Shown: positions 18,571 to 29,182 of the stretch, in pieces
Position numbering within the stretch: position 1 is the first letter of the stretch
How the letters are laid out: each line of letters opens with the position of its first letter
From: an uncultured Chroococcidiopsis sp.
GTDB taxonomy: Bacteria; Cyanobacteriota; Cyanobacteriia; Cyanobacteriales; Chroococcidiopsidaceae
Reading direction: 5' to 3'
Length of the DNA stretch: 64,000 bases
NCBI GenBank assembly: GCA_964248365.1
Contig: CAXTYC010000009.1
Location: 61,991-125,990 of the forward strand
Position numbers and translations under genes: made by a program
Notes under the pieces: generated by a model
The model's database searches: none
The model's input: only the letters and a program-made list of their open reading frames with translations
Told to the model about the DNA's origin: nothing

Positions 18571-20490
18571 TTATTCATAATTCTTAGGCAACCATACTGT
18601 AAAAATTGAGCCTACCCCTACAGTAGATTCGACTTCAATTCTACCTCGGTGGAGTTCTACTAGTTGTTTTGTTAGTGCTAAACCCAGTCCTGTACCTTCG
18701 TAGCGGCGACGTAATGGTGTATCTAGCTGCTGGAATTTCTCAAATAATAGTGGTAACTGCTCCTGTGGAATGCCAATACCTGTATCTTCTACCTGCAAAA
18801 GAGCATTGTCTTTCTCGCTCCAAATCCGTAGAATTACCGTCCCTTCTTCTGGTGTAAATTTGATGGCATTACTTAAGAGATTCCAGAGTATTTGTCCAAC
18901 CCGCCGAGGATCTGCACTTAGGTGAAAAGCTGATTTCATTTTCAGATCAAGCGTTAAATTAACTCCTTGTCGTCTAGCTTTTTCTGAGAAAGAGCGTATA
19001 CTAGCTTCGGCTAGTGCAGCTAGAGAAAAATCGCTAAGATTCAAGGCTGCCTTTCCCGCTTCTATTTGGGATAGATCCAAAATGTCGTTAATTAGCGACA
19101 ACAATTGTTCTCCACTATTGTGGATTATTTGCAGGTACTGGCGTTGTCGTTGGGAGAGTTCACCTAAAGGCCAGCGCAACAGCGTTGCCGACATCCCAAT
19201 TACACTAGTAAGAGGGGTGCGTAACTCATGGCTCATAGTGGAGAGAAATTCACTTTTAGCGCGGCTAGCCGCTTGTGCGGCAATTAAGGCATCGTGAAGG
19301 GCTTGGGTACGCTCAACCACTCGTTGTTCAAGAGTTTGTTTTTCTTGCTTGAGCGAACACATTAACTCTGCTTGTTGAATAGCGATCGCTAGTTGTTCAG
19401 AAATAGAGCCAAGCAAATTTTTTTCGCTGTCGAGCCAAAGACGTGGTTTTGTACACTGATGAGCAATCAGTAATCCCCACAGTTTTTCCTGTAACACAAT
19501 CGGAGCTATCATAGTTGCCCGCACTTGCATCAATCTAAGAAAATCTAACAAGCAAGGCGATAGAATATAAGCTTTTTCAATATCAGAAACAGCGCAGGTA
19601 AAACCTCCACGATACTTATCCCAACATTGAGAATTTCGGATAAAGCAGTTCTCTTCCTTGTAGTTCAAGACTGAAGGAATAGATTCTGTTGAACGGGCTT
19701 CATAAATAACACAACCTGTAATGACAGACGAGGCGTAATGGCGATCTGGGGGATATGGGGAAAGAGGTGAGGCGGGGGAAGAGGAGGCTTTTACCTCAAG
19801 CTCGCCTTTTGCCTGTCTTGTGTCTCCTATTTTCTCAAATTGATAAATAACTAATCGATCTACCTGCAAAAACTCTCGCACCTGCTCAACCACCGTCGCT
19901 ATGATTACGGGTAAGTCTAGGCTTTGACGAATCTGAGTTGTTAGCTGATTTAGTAGTCGCTCCTGAGCGATTTGCTGGTATAGAGCGTTTTCTATTGGTT
20001 GGCAGACAGAAACATGGGGATAATCTGTTGTACGATCGCACTGGGGGTATGACTCTGATGCCAGAATAGAAAGTAACAACAGGGTAAATTTACTTTGCAA
20101 CCTAGCGTCGTTAAGTTGAAGAGTTTGACAGTATTGATTGAGCGTTAATTCGGCTTGGGGATGAGCGGCGAACAAGTTGCTTAATTGGCGGATAAAAAGC
20201 GCGATCGCCTCTGGTTCAAATGTCAACCTCACGTTGAAAAGCGAGGGACTAGTCAAAAGATCTGGGGAGGCTGGGCTTCCAACTAACAACGCGCTAAACT
20301 GCTGGGACACTACTAAAGTGAATTGTTCCAACTGTTCTGTAAGTATGGGAATTGGAGACAGTACAGCTTCTGTCAAAACGACGGCTTGTGTTCCCACTTC
20401 TTGAGCCATCTGCTGTAATAGCTGCCCTAGCCTGTCAAAGGTTGACGAGGGCAAAGTGCGATGAAAGCTCAAGTCTTGAAAAATAGACAT
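18571..20490 (-). CDS. cikA: CikA-like GAF sensor histidine kinase without C-terminal pseudo-receiver
   Basis: YPHVSVCQP..ALYQQ..QERLL..QIRQSLDL, LWGLLIAHQC, SHELRTPLTSVIGMSATLLRW, FQQLDT..RRYEGTGLGL resemble CikA as recalled; protein ends right after the HATPase. Confidence 0.8.
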   Translation of the reverse strand: MSIFQDLSFHRTLPSSTFDRLGQLLQQMAQEVGTQAVVLTEAVLSPIPILTEQLEQFTLVVSQQFSALLVGSPASPDLLTSPSLFNVRLTFEPEAIALFIRQLSNLFAAHPQAELTLNQYCQTLQLNDARLQSKFTLLLLSILASESYPQCDRTTDYPHVSVCQPIENALYQQIAQERLLNQLTTQIRQSLDLPVIIATVVEQVREFLQVDRLVIYQFEKIGDTRQAKGELEVKASSSPASPLSPYPPDRHYASSVITGCVIYEARSTESIPSVLNYKEENCFIRNSQCWDKYRGGFTCAVSDIEKAYILSPCLLDFLRLMQVRATMIAPIVLQEKLWGLLIAHQCTKPRLWLDSEKNLLGSISEQLAIAIQQAELMCSLKQEKQTLEQRVVERTQALHDALIAAQAASRAKSEFLSTMSHELRTPLTSVIGMSATLLRWPLGELSQRQRQYLQIIHNSGEQLLSLINDILDLSQIEAGKAALNLSDFSLAALAEASIRSFSEKARRQGVNLTLDLKMKSAFHLSADPRRVGQILWNLLSNAIKFTPEEGTVILRIWSEKDNALLQVEDTGIGIPQEQLPLLFEKFQQLDTPLRRRYEGTGLGLALTKQLVELHRGRIEVESTVGVGSIFTVWLPKNYE

Positions 20491-20581
20491 TTTCAACGGT
20501 TGAGAGAAAGAATCAGGATGCTAGGCTAAAAAAGTTTTCCCCCATAGCTTAACCAATAGTCTAAGCCGAAGAGAGAGTAAT

Positions 20582-23500
20582 ATGCACCGTATAAATACTA
20601 AGCCTGGAGGTTGGAACCATCAAACAGATGGTGTCATTTTTTTAACACAGACTCCGGCTCCTGTGGTATTTCTCACTGCTGCTGATACTGATATTCAAAC
20701 TTTGGCAGCAGCGGTTGCTAAATTACCAAATGGCTTTCCCGCCTTACGTGTTGCCAATCTTCTACAGTTGCAGCAACAACTGACAATAGATACCTATGCC
20801 GAAGCGGTTCTAGAACAAGCGAAGGTAATTATTGTGCGGTTATTGGGGGGACGTTCGTACTGGTCTTACGGCTTAGAAGTAGTGCAGGAAACAGTACAAC
20901 GTAATGGTGCGGCACTAATTGTGATGCCTGGAGACAATACCATTGACCCAGATTTAATCACTCACTCAACAATTTCGCTTCTAGCTGTTAATCAGCTATG
21001 GCGCTACTTTACCGAAGGTGGGGTCGAAAATGTTGTCAACGCAGTCAAATTTGTTGCCGATACCTGCCTCAACACTGCCTATAATCCACCTCCACCTAAA
21101 TTAGTGCCGCGTGTAGGTTTATATGCTTGGCGACAAGAGAGCAGGGGGGCTCAGGAGCAGGGGGGACCAGGAGCAGGGGGGCAGGGGGGCAGAGGAGAAA
21201 TTATAATCCGTCTTGAAAAGTTTGGCGAAGAGAAGTGCCGTGGCCCTGTTCCCCCCGTTGAGGCAACTTCGGGGACCCAAACCGACACCGCCACGCGGGG
21301 TGCTACAACGAGGAAAACAGGGGCAACGCAGCCGCTCAACTTTTCGCAAAATCCAAAATCTAAAATCCAAAATTCCCCTAGCCCCCAGCCCCCAGCCTCC
21401 AGCCCCTCAAAAGTTGGCATTCTGTTTTACCGCGCTCATTATTTAGCTGGAAATACATCTCCAATTGATGCACTTTGTCAAGCATTGATTAAGAAAAATT
21501 TAGAACCAGTGCCAGTGTTTATCTCTTCCCTACGCGATCGCGACGTGCAAGCAGAGATTTTGCCCTACTTTGTACCCTCTAACGAGGAGAAAATTCAGTT
21601 ACTACTTAATACGACTAGTTTTTCCCTAGCACGGTTGGAAACTGAAATCGAAATTATTTCCACACCCCTAGCCCCTAGCCTCCAACCTCTAGCCCCTGAT
21701 ATATGGCAGCAATTGGATGTGCCAGTATTACAGGTTATCTTCAGTGGTGGTTCAGCCGAAGGTTGGGAATCAAATTTTCAAGGGCTTTCACCGCGCGATA
21801 TAGCTATGAATGTAGCACTACCAGAGGTGGATGGACGAATTATTAGCCGTGCTGTTTCGTTTAAGGCAGTGCAAACCTGGAATTCGGACTTAGAAACAGA
21901 TGTGGTGGTTTATGAAGCAGTGAGCGATCGCGTTGCCTTTGTCGCCCAACTGGCACAGGGTTGGGTAAATTTACGTTCCACCCCCACCAAGAAGCGGAAA
22001 ATTGCTTTGATTTTGGCAAACTATCCTAGTCGCAATGGTCGTCTAGCTAACGGTGTGGGATTGGATACCCCAGCTAGTTGTATAGAAATCCTCCTCGCAC
22101 TTGATGAGGCTGGTTATCAAGTAGAAAATATCCCTCTAGGTGGGGATGAATTAATTCAACGTTTGACTGCTGGGGTAACTAATGACCTGGAAGGCAACCA
22201 GTTAAGACCTGTACACCAACAACTTAGCTGGGAGGAATATCAGGAGTATTTTGCCACGTTGCCTCAGAGTGTGCAGCAGGGTATTAGCGATCGCTGGAAA
22301 GAGCCTTTTGAAACGAACCGCCAAGACGCAAGCAGGGGGTTTAAACCCCAGGGAAACGCAAAGAAAGGAAATGAGACTAATTCTTTCCCCTCTGCCCCTT
22401 GCGCCCCTTGCCCCTCTGCTTTCCCGATTTCCGGTATTCAACTTGGCAACATTTTTGTGGGGATTCAACCTGCTAGGGGTTATGATATTGACCCAGCTTT
22501 GAATTATCATGCTCCTGATTTAGAACCAACTCATGCTTATCTAGCTTTTTACTACTGGATTAGGGAGCATTTTGAAGCTGATGCGGTAATTCATGTGGGT
22601 AAACATGGCAATCTAGAGTGGCTACCTGGTAAAAGTGTGGCGCTGTCAAACCAATGTTATCCAGAAGTTGCTTTTGGTGCTTTGCCCCATTTGTACCCGT
22701 TTATTGTTAATGATCCAGGTGAAGGATCGCAAGCTAAACGTCGCGCCCAGGCTGTGATTTTAGATCACCTCACGCCACCAATGACTAGGGCGGAACTCTA
22801 TGGTGGGTTGCAACAACTAGAGGCTCTAATTGATGAGTATTACGAGGCACAAAGTTTAGATCCTTCCAGACTACCAATAATTAGCGATCGCATTACCGCT
22901 CTAATTCTTCAGGAAAATTTACATCAAGATTTGGGATTGGATAATGGCAATTACCGTACAGGCGGGTTATCAGACATACTTGTGAACCTCCAGATAACTC
23001 GTTTAAACCCGCCCCTACCAATTACCAACTACCAATTACCAATTGACAAACTAGATGGCTATCTATGTGAATTGAAAGAAGCACAAATTCGAGATGGATT
23101 GCATATATTTGGGCAATGTCCGCAACAAAGTCAATTGCGGGATTTGATTGTGGCGATCGCTCGTCAACCTTGTGGCGATCGTTCGGGTTTAACTGTTGCG
23201 ATCGCAAGAGATTGGGGTTTAGACTTCGACTCTCTGAGTACAGATTTAAGTACCCAGTTATCAGCACAAGAATATCAGATTTTAGCCTTAAAAACTCAAC
23301 AATCTTGTCGCACAGTCGGCGATGCAGTAGAAGTATTAGAACAACACGCCGCTAATCTAGTAGAACAGCTAATACACAATTCACAATTGTCACAGCCCAA
23401 TTCGGAATTATTCTTATCCCCCCCAGATCCCCCAGCCCATCCTCACCCAGGAACAGCAACCCAACGCGAGTTAGGCTGGATACGCGATCGCTTGCTACCT

Positions 23501-24820
23501 TCTCTCCTCCAAACTGATCAAGAAATCGCTAATTTGCTGCGTGGACTCGATGGGCGGTATGTCCCCCCTGGTCCATCTGGTGCGCCTACACGCGGTCGTC
23601 CCGAAGTGTTGCCAACAGGTCGCAATTTTTACTCAGTTGACATCCGTGCTATTCCTACAGAAACTGCTTGGGATGTGGGTCGCAAAGCGGCTGAAGTCCT
23701 AATTGAACGCTATACCCAAGAAAATGGAGAATACCCCAAAACTCTAGGTTTATCTGTCTGGGGAACTTCTACTATGCGAACGGGTGGTGATGATATAGCC
23801 CAAGCATTGGCTTTGTTGGGTGTTCGACCTGTTTGGGATGGTGTTTCCCGACGAATGGTAGATTTTGAAATTTTGCCGTTATCTATTTTAGCACGTCCCC
23901 GCGTCGATGTCACATTAAGAATTTCTGGATTTTTCCGAGATGCTTTTCCCAATTTGATTGATTTTTTTGATAGTGCAGTGGCAGCAGTAGCAGCGTTAGA
24001 CGAACCGCCAGAGCAAAACCCGCTAGCGAGTCAGGTAAAACAAGAAACTCAGTTATGGGAATCGGTTGGATTGACATCGCAACAAGCTGGGGCGCGATCG
24101 CATTATCGCATTTTTGGTTCTAAGCCTGGTGCTTATGGGGCTGGACTCCAAGGTTTAATCGAAGCACAAAATTGGACAGATGAGGGGGATTTAGCCCGTG
24201 CTTATATTAATTGGAGTTGCTACGCCTATTCTCGTTCATCTGAGGGACGCTCCGCCCCAGAAGCATTTGAAAAAAGGCTGCAACAAATGCAAATTGTGTT
24301 GCACAATCAAGACAACCGCGAACATGATTTGCTCGATTCTGATGATTATTACCAATTTCAGGGCGGTTTAACAGCGGCAGTACGTTCTATACAAGGGAAA
24401 AATCCCCAAACTTACTTTGGTGACAATTCGATTCCCGCCAACCCCCGTATTCGTCATCTGAAAGAAGAAATCGCCAGGGTGTATCGTTCCCGCGTGATTA
24501 ATCCTAAGTGGATTGCTGGGGTAATGCGACACGGTTATAAAGGTGCATTTGAAATGGCGGCGACGGTAGATTATTTATTTGCCTACGATGCAACAGCTAA
24601 TTGTGTGGAAGATTATATGTATCAAGGAGTTGCCCAGGCTTACTTATTCGATCCATCTGTGCAAGAGTTTATTCAACAAAAGAACCCTTGGGCGTTGCGA
24701 GATATGGCAGAACGGTTACTAGAGGCACATCAGCGGGGTATGTGGCAAGTTGATTCTCAGATGGTGGATAAATTGCGATCGCTTGTTCATCAAGCCGAGG
24801 CTATCATCGAGGAAAGTTAG
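20582..24820 (+). CDS. cobN: Cobaltochelatase subunit CobN
   Basis: VALPEVDGRI, GVGLDTP, HVGKHGNLEWLPGK, NDPGEGSQAKRR, LPTGRNFYSVD, NPKWIAGVMRHGYKGA. Confidence 0.95.
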   Translation: MHRINTKPGGWNHQTDGVIFLTQTPAPVVFLTAADTDIQTLAAAVAKLPNGFPALRVANLLQLQQQLTIDTYAEAVLEQAKVIIVRLLGGRSYWSYGLEVVQETVQRNGAALIVMPGDNTIDPDLITHSTISLLAVNQLWRYFTEGGVENVVNAVKFVADTCLNTAYNPPPPKLVPRVGLYAWRQESRGAQEQGGPGAGGQGGRGEIIIRLEKFGEEKCRGPVPPVEATSGTQTDTATRGATTRKTGATQPLNFSQNPKSKIQNSPSPQPPASSPSKVGILFYRAHYLAGNTSPIDALCQALIKKNLEPVPVFISSLRDRDVQAEILPYFVPSNEEKIQLLLNTTSFSLARLETEIEIISTPLAPSLQPLAPDIWQQLDVPVLQVIFSGGSAEGWESNFQGLSPRDIAMNVALPEVDGRIISRAVSFKAVQTWNSDLETDVVVYEAVSDRVAFVAQLAQGWVNLRSTPTKKRKIALILANYPSRNGRLANGVGLDTPASCIEILLALDEAGYQVENIPLGGDELIQRLTAGVTNDLEGNQLRPVHQQLSWEEYQEYFATLPQSVQQGISDRWKEPFETNRQDASRGFKPQGNAKKGNETNSFPSAPCAPCPSAFPISGIQLGNIFVGIQPARGYDIDPALNYHAPDLEPTHAYLAFYYWIREHFEADAVIHVGKHGNLEWLPGKSVALSNQCYPEVAFGALPHLYPFIVNDPGEGSQAKRRAQAVILDHLTPPMTRAELYGGLQQLEALIDEYYEAQSLDPSRLPIISDRITALILQENLHQDLGLDNGNYRTGGLSDILVNLQITRLNPPLPITNYQLPIDKLDGYLCELKEAQIRDGLHIFGQCPQQSQLRDLIVAIARQPCGDRSGLTVAIARDWGLDFDSLSTDLSTQLSAQEYQILALKTQQSCRTVGDAVEVLEQHAANLVEQLIHNSQLSQPNSELFLSPPDPPAHPHPGTATQRELGWIRDRLLPSLLQTDQEIANLLRGLDGRYVPPGPSGAPTRGRPEVLPTGRNFYSVDIRAIPTETAWDVGRKAAEVLIERYTQENGEYPKTLGLSVWGTSTMRTGGDDIAQALALLGVRPVWDGVSRRMVDFEILPLSILARPRVDVTLRISGFFRDAFPNLIDFFDSAVAAVAALDEPPEQNPLASQVKQETQLWESVGLTSQQAGARSHYRIFGSKPGAYGAGLQGLIEAQNWTDEGDLARAYINWSCYAYSRSSEGRSAPEAFEKRLQQMQIVLHNQDNREHDLLDSDDYYQFQGGLTAAVRSIQGKNPQTYFGDNSIPANPRIRHLKEEIARVYRSRVINPKWIAGVMRHGYKGAFEMAATVDYLFAYDATANCVEDYMYQGVAQAYLFDPSVQEFIQQKNPWALRDMAERLLEAHQRGMWQVDSQMVDKLRSLVHQAEAIIEES

Positions 24821-24832
24821 GTATCTAGCGTT

Positions 24833-25256
24833 TCACTGCCCATCAAATTGGTGGATAATATCTTCACAGTAAGGGAGCGTCAAAATCATCAGGAACTACA
24901 AACTCACCCGCGCAAAGACCATAAGGACGTAGAGGTTTTGTACCCAAAGCGATCGGCTTAATCTCTGCCACAAGTTTATTGGCTTGCACAATCACGAATG
25001 TTTCACCTGCCTCCACTTGGCGGAGGTAGCAGATCAAATCGCGCTGAATCTCTTCAATAAGTTATCTGAGATCTTGCAGTATTCTCAATTAGCGCAATAG
25101 CCCGCCTTGAAAGGGAGTTCAAGGCTGATAGCATAAGTCTACTAAAGTAGACTTCTTGCAGACTCTAACCCGTTTCAACGGGTTTTAGCTATAAGCCTGG
25201 AACTTAAGTTTCAGGCGGCTGTTGCAACAGGTGCAAGATCTCAGTTATTGTAGCTT
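24833..25256 (-). pseudogene. Phd/YefM-type antitoxin remnant, interrupted by a MITE and frameshifted
   Basis: Minus strand reads IEEIQRDLICYLRQVEAGETFVIVQANKLVAEIKP..RPYGLCAGEFVVPDDFDAPL then shifts to EDIIHQFDGQ*; the degenerate 5' end lies beyond the insertion. Confidence 0.65.
25066..25244. mobile_element. MITE-like element, 179 bp
   Basis: 13-bp perfect terminal inverted repeats CTGAGATCTTGCA (25066-25078) / TGCAAGATCTCAG (25232-25244), flanked by TTAT on both sides; internal palindromes at 25135-25154 and 25167-25184. Confidence 0.8.
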
Positions 25257-25412
25257 AGTTGTCTAACCTTGCCTTTTGCTTGTTGCTGTGGCTGCGATCG
25301 CTTTTTGATGTTGATCCACCATTACTCTAGCCCAATCTGTTATTTTGTCGCTACAATAACAAAAATTTCATTAGTATTTAGTGTTTACTTGTGCAATCGA
25401 AGAAATTGAGTA

Positions 25413-26281
25413 ATGCAATATCAATACTCTGAAGAATATTTTTCTATTGCCGTCAAGCGCCTGACAGACAATCCCAAAATATTAACTTTCTTTTCAGACG
25501 AAGATGCTGTAAAAGAATATCCCCTAACTGGGAAAGTCGATGAGAATTTTTATACTCGTCATATCAAAGTTGATGACTTAGCAGCTCGACAACGTATTGT
25601 CTGTGGCTTGTACTACGATCGACCTAGTGATGTACCTCGTGAAATTGCAGAAATAATAATTTCTGTAATGAACTTTCGTGACTGGAAGCTAAATTTAGAA
25701 TTATCAAAAGAGGAAAGAGATAACAATCCTTTGCCTAAGCAAAAAATATCACATGATGCTGGGGTAATAGCTCGGAGAAGTTCATCATAATTTTGGCTAT
25801 ATTTGTAGTAACTCAAAAGTCTTCTCCTCCATTCACAGCAGTATTTGTAATAGTAATTATTGGTTTTATTATTTTTTATTATATTCTGTCTAGCTTCCTA
25901 AAGTAATACAACATTGAGAAAGAACGTCGTAAAGCAAAGCGTGACGAAAAACGCCTTACTATACTACAATCAAACAATCAGTCACCAAAGAATCAAGTTC
26001 TCAAAAGTATGTTAGAAAATACTCAATATCATAAATATTCTAAATATAATTTCCCAGCTGAAAATGTTCAGATTATTGAAAATACTAATGGTGGGGATGT
26101 TGTTCATAAATATGCACCAGAACAAAGACAAAATCTTGCGGAAGATGCTAACGAGTTTTTGCAGCAGCTAGAGCAATTGTCTCCGGCTTACCCAAAGTTG
26201 AATGAAGCTCAACAGCAAGCGATCGTCAATAAGACAATCGAACGGATGAAACACGATAAACCAACGACTTGGCAACAGTGA
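25413..26281 (+). pseudogene. Probable disrupted membrane protein gene (ORFs 25413..25790 and 26009..26281)
   Basis: A frameshift near 25775 gives two hydrophobic segments, then TAA 25904-25906 in the frame that continues into the 26009 ORF (YAPEQRQNLAE..QLEQLS.YP, resembling a common cyanobacterial C-terminal tail). Confidence 0.45.
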
Positions 26282-26306
26282 CCAACCAACAATTACCCAA
26301 ATTAAC

Positions 26307-26341
26307 AACTGATAACTGATAACTGATAACTGATAACTGAT
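26307..26341. repeat. Heptamer tandem repeat (AACTGAT)x5
   Basis: Directly visible. Confidence 0.9.
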
Positions 26342-26704
26342 CACCAAGCCTTGTTAGACTACCAAAGACGCGATCGCCGTTTCGGTTAAATTACCAATTC
26401 CATTTGGGCTTAGTTGTTATTTAACCGACGTTATCATTGAGGAATAAGGCGCGAAGCGCTTTTAACGCCGTTTATTTTGTCAAGGTAAAAAAATGAGCGA
26501 TCGCAGCGAGGGCAGAATTCTTCTTTTCAAAACTTGGAGTATTAAGGGTTTACTGTCATATTAGATTACCCATAAATATCCCAAGTCCTGCCGCATAGAC
26601 ACACTTGTGTCTCTATAAGATTGTTAAAAGACTTAGGCAAGGTCGATCAGTACTCAATTACAATAATTCAACAGAAGCGACAAACTGATCGGCAACGACG
26701 CAAT

Positions 26705-27226
26705 ATGGCAAGAACTCAGCGTAAAGACAACTTTATTGACAAATCCTTCACCGTCATGGCAGATATGATTCTGAAGATGCTGCCCGCCAATAAAAAAGCT
26801 AAAGAAGCTTTTGCCTATTACCGAGACGGGATGTCAGCTCAGGCAGATGGAGAATACGCCGAAGCATTGGAGAATTACTACCAAGCCCTAGAACTGGAGG
26901 AAGACCCCTTTGATCGCAGCTACGTCCTTTACAATATAGGGCTAATTCATACTAGCAATGGGGAACACGAAAAAGCATTGGGCTACTATCAACAGGCGCT
27001 CGAATGTAACCCCAATATGACGCAAGCGCTAAATAATACGGCTGTGATTTACCACTACCAGGGTGAAAAAGCCAAGGAAGCAGGCGACGGCGATACAGCT
27101 GAGCGTTTGTTTAACCAAGCTGCTGATTATTGGAAACGAGCAATTCAAATCGATCCCAATAACTACCTAGAAGTCCAAAACTGGCTCAAAACCACTGGGC
27201 GAATGCAAAGGGATATATTTTTTTAG
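26705..27226 (+). CDS. ycf3: Photosystem I assembly protein Ycf3 (TPR)
   Basis: [68 protein letters not shown]. Confidence 0.95.
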   Translation: MARTQRKDNFIDKSFTVMADMILKMLPANKKAKEAFAYYRDGMSAQADGEYAEALENYYQALELEEDPFDRSYVLYNIGLIHTSNGEHEKALGYYQQALECNPNMTQALNNTAVIYHYQGEKAKEAGDGDTAERLFNQAADYWKRAIQIDPNNYLEVQNWLKTTGRMQRDIFF

Positions 27227-27298
27227 AGGAACTAGGGGCGAGAGGAACCAGGGGCGAGAGGCACTCGTGCGAGAGGCGAGAGGCTATAAATTTAGCTT

Positions 27299-27363
27299 TC
27301 TTTTGCTCCCCTTTGCTCCCCTTTGCTTCCCTTTGCTCCCTTTTGTTCCCCTTTGCTCCTTTG
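27299..27363. repeat. Decamer tandem repeat (CTTTGCTCCC)n
   Basis: About 6 imperfect copies in the ycf3-gatC spacer. Confidence 0.8.
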
Positions 27364-27425
27364 CAGGCGAGACCCCCTGCGCTACCCCTGCTTTCTTCTA
27401 GCCTCTAGCTATAGCGCCCCTCACT

Positions 27426-27716
27426 ATGATTGACAAAGAACAAGTTCGTAAAGTTGCACATTTGGCTCGTTTAGAATTGACACCCCAAGAGGAGGAGCAA
27501 TTCACTAATCAGCTGGGCAGTATTCTAGATTATTTTGAACAGCTAAGTGAACTTGATGTTACTGATGTGCCACCCACAACACGCGCAATTGATGTCAGCA
27601 ATGTAACTCGTCAGGATGAACTGCAACCATATTGCGATCGCAATATGCTGCTTGAAAGTGCGCCCCTTCAAGAAGGCGACTTTTTCAAGGTTCCCAAAAT
27701 TCTCAATCAAGCCTAA
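27426..27716 (+). CDS. gatC: Asp/Glu-tRNA amidotransferase subunit C
   Basis: [36 protein letters not shown]. Confidence 0.95.
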   Translation: MIDKEQVRKVAHLARLELTPQEEEQFTNQLGSILDYFEQLSELDVTDVPPTTRAIDVSNVTRQDELQPYCDRNMLLESAPLQEGDFFKVPKILNQA

Positions 27717-27961
27717 ATCGAGTACTTTTTGAGCGGTGAAATACATTTTACCTCTGTCTTCGTCATATTTGTAGGTTTGTATCCAGGGAGCGGTGACGAA
27801 TGCGTTTAAAGTATGGTAATCAGTCTAAATAGGGCAGAGAAAAACCATACTGTTTCTCTGGTTACAAGGCTCTCACCTAGTAAAGAGGGGTTTGGGGGAA
27901 ATAACTGAAGCTGAAATATACACAATTCCCTCACCGATACAAGCTTTCAATAGAGGTAGTT

Positions 27962-28942
27962 ATGGGATTAGGTATCCTGATTGAAGGTAAGTGGATTTCA
28001 GAACGGAATCAAGAAGACGAAAAAGGCAGATTTATTCGCCCCTCAACGACGTTCCGCCACCAAATTACAGCAGACGGCATGGGTGGTTTTAAAGCCCAGT
28101 CGGGACGCTATCACCTATATATCTCATGGGCTTGTCCTTGGGCGCAGCGAACTGCAATTATGCGGAAGTTGAAGGGACTGGAAGAGGCGATCAGTTTGTC
28201 AGTTGTTGCTCCAGTAATTGACCAAAATAGTTGGGAATTTTCTGATGAGCCAGGTTGTATCCCCGATACTGTAAATCATACTAATTATTTATGGGAAATT
28301 TATCTCAAAGCTGACTCTAATTACAGTGGGCGGGTAACTGTCCCAGTTTTGTGGGATAAACAAACTGGCACAATTGTCAATAACGAATCCCGCGAAATCA
28401 TTCGGATGTTCGACACGCAATTTGATGCCATTGCTCAAAAAGATGCAAACTTTTATCCAGAAGATTTGCAGGCGAAAATTGACGAAACAATTGATGCAAT
28501 TTACCAACCGATAAATAATGGTGTCTACCGTGCCGGATTTGCTACTAAGCAATCAGCCTACGAAGAGGCAGTAACAGAATTATTTGATGCTCTAGACTAT
28601 TGGGAGAAAGTATTAGCAGAACAACGTTATTTGTGTGGAAATCAAATCACACAAGCAGACTGGTGTATGTTCACAACTCTGTTGCGCTTCGATGCAGTCT
28701 ACTACGTTCACTTCAAGTGCAACTTACGCCGCATTGTAGATTATCCCAACTTGTGGAACTACCTAAAAGACCTATATCAGCAGCCAGGAGTAAAGGAAAC
28801 CTGCAACCTCGACCACATCAAACAGCACTACTACAAAAGCCACCCCAATGTCAACCCTACTCGGATTGTTCCCAAAGGACCAATAATTGATTTTGAGGCG
28901 GCACACAACCGCTATAGAATGGGCGCGATCGCCAAAGTTTAA
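27962..28942 (+). CDS. Glutathionyl-hydroquinone reductase / omega-like glutathione S-transferase
   Basis: RYHLYISWACPWA, VTVPVLWDK..TIVNNES, NNGVYRAGFA, RFDAVY..HFKCN, NPTRIVPKGP. Confidence 0.9.
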   Translation: MGLGILIEGKWISERNQEDEKGRFIRPSTTFRHQITADGMGGFKAQSGRYHLYISWACPWAQRTAIMRKLKGLEEAISLSVVAPVIDQNSWEFSDEPGCIPDTVNHTNYLWEIYLKADSNYSGRVTVPVLWDKQTGTIVNNESREIIRMFDTQFDAIAQKDANFYPEDLQAKIDETIDAIYQPINNGVYRAGFATKQSAYEEAVTELFDALDYWEKVLAEQRYLCGNQITQADWCMFTTLLRFDAVYYVHFKCNLRRIVDYPNLWNYLKDLYQQPGVKETCNLDHIKQHYYKSHPNVNPTRIVPKGPIIDFEAAHNRYRMGAIAKV

Positions 28943-29182
28943 AATTGCTGTATTGACCAAAAAGGCAGGGTAAAGGGTAAAGGGTAAAGGCTAGAGGCGC
29001 TATAGCTAGAGGAACTAGAGAAAGGTGAATTCTCCCCTTGTCCCCTTGTCTCCTCTTTCCCCCTCTCTTATTTTGTGCAACGTCTAGTTTAATTGGGCAT
29101 CCTAAAATTATGCAGCTATGCGTAAATGCTAGCTGCATAATTGTTATTTATATTAGTACCAAGCTTTTAGGAGGTACTATGA

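Noticed and set aside
26621..26704. N-terminal extension of Ycf3
   Set aside because: Conserved Ycf3 sequence starts at ATG 26705
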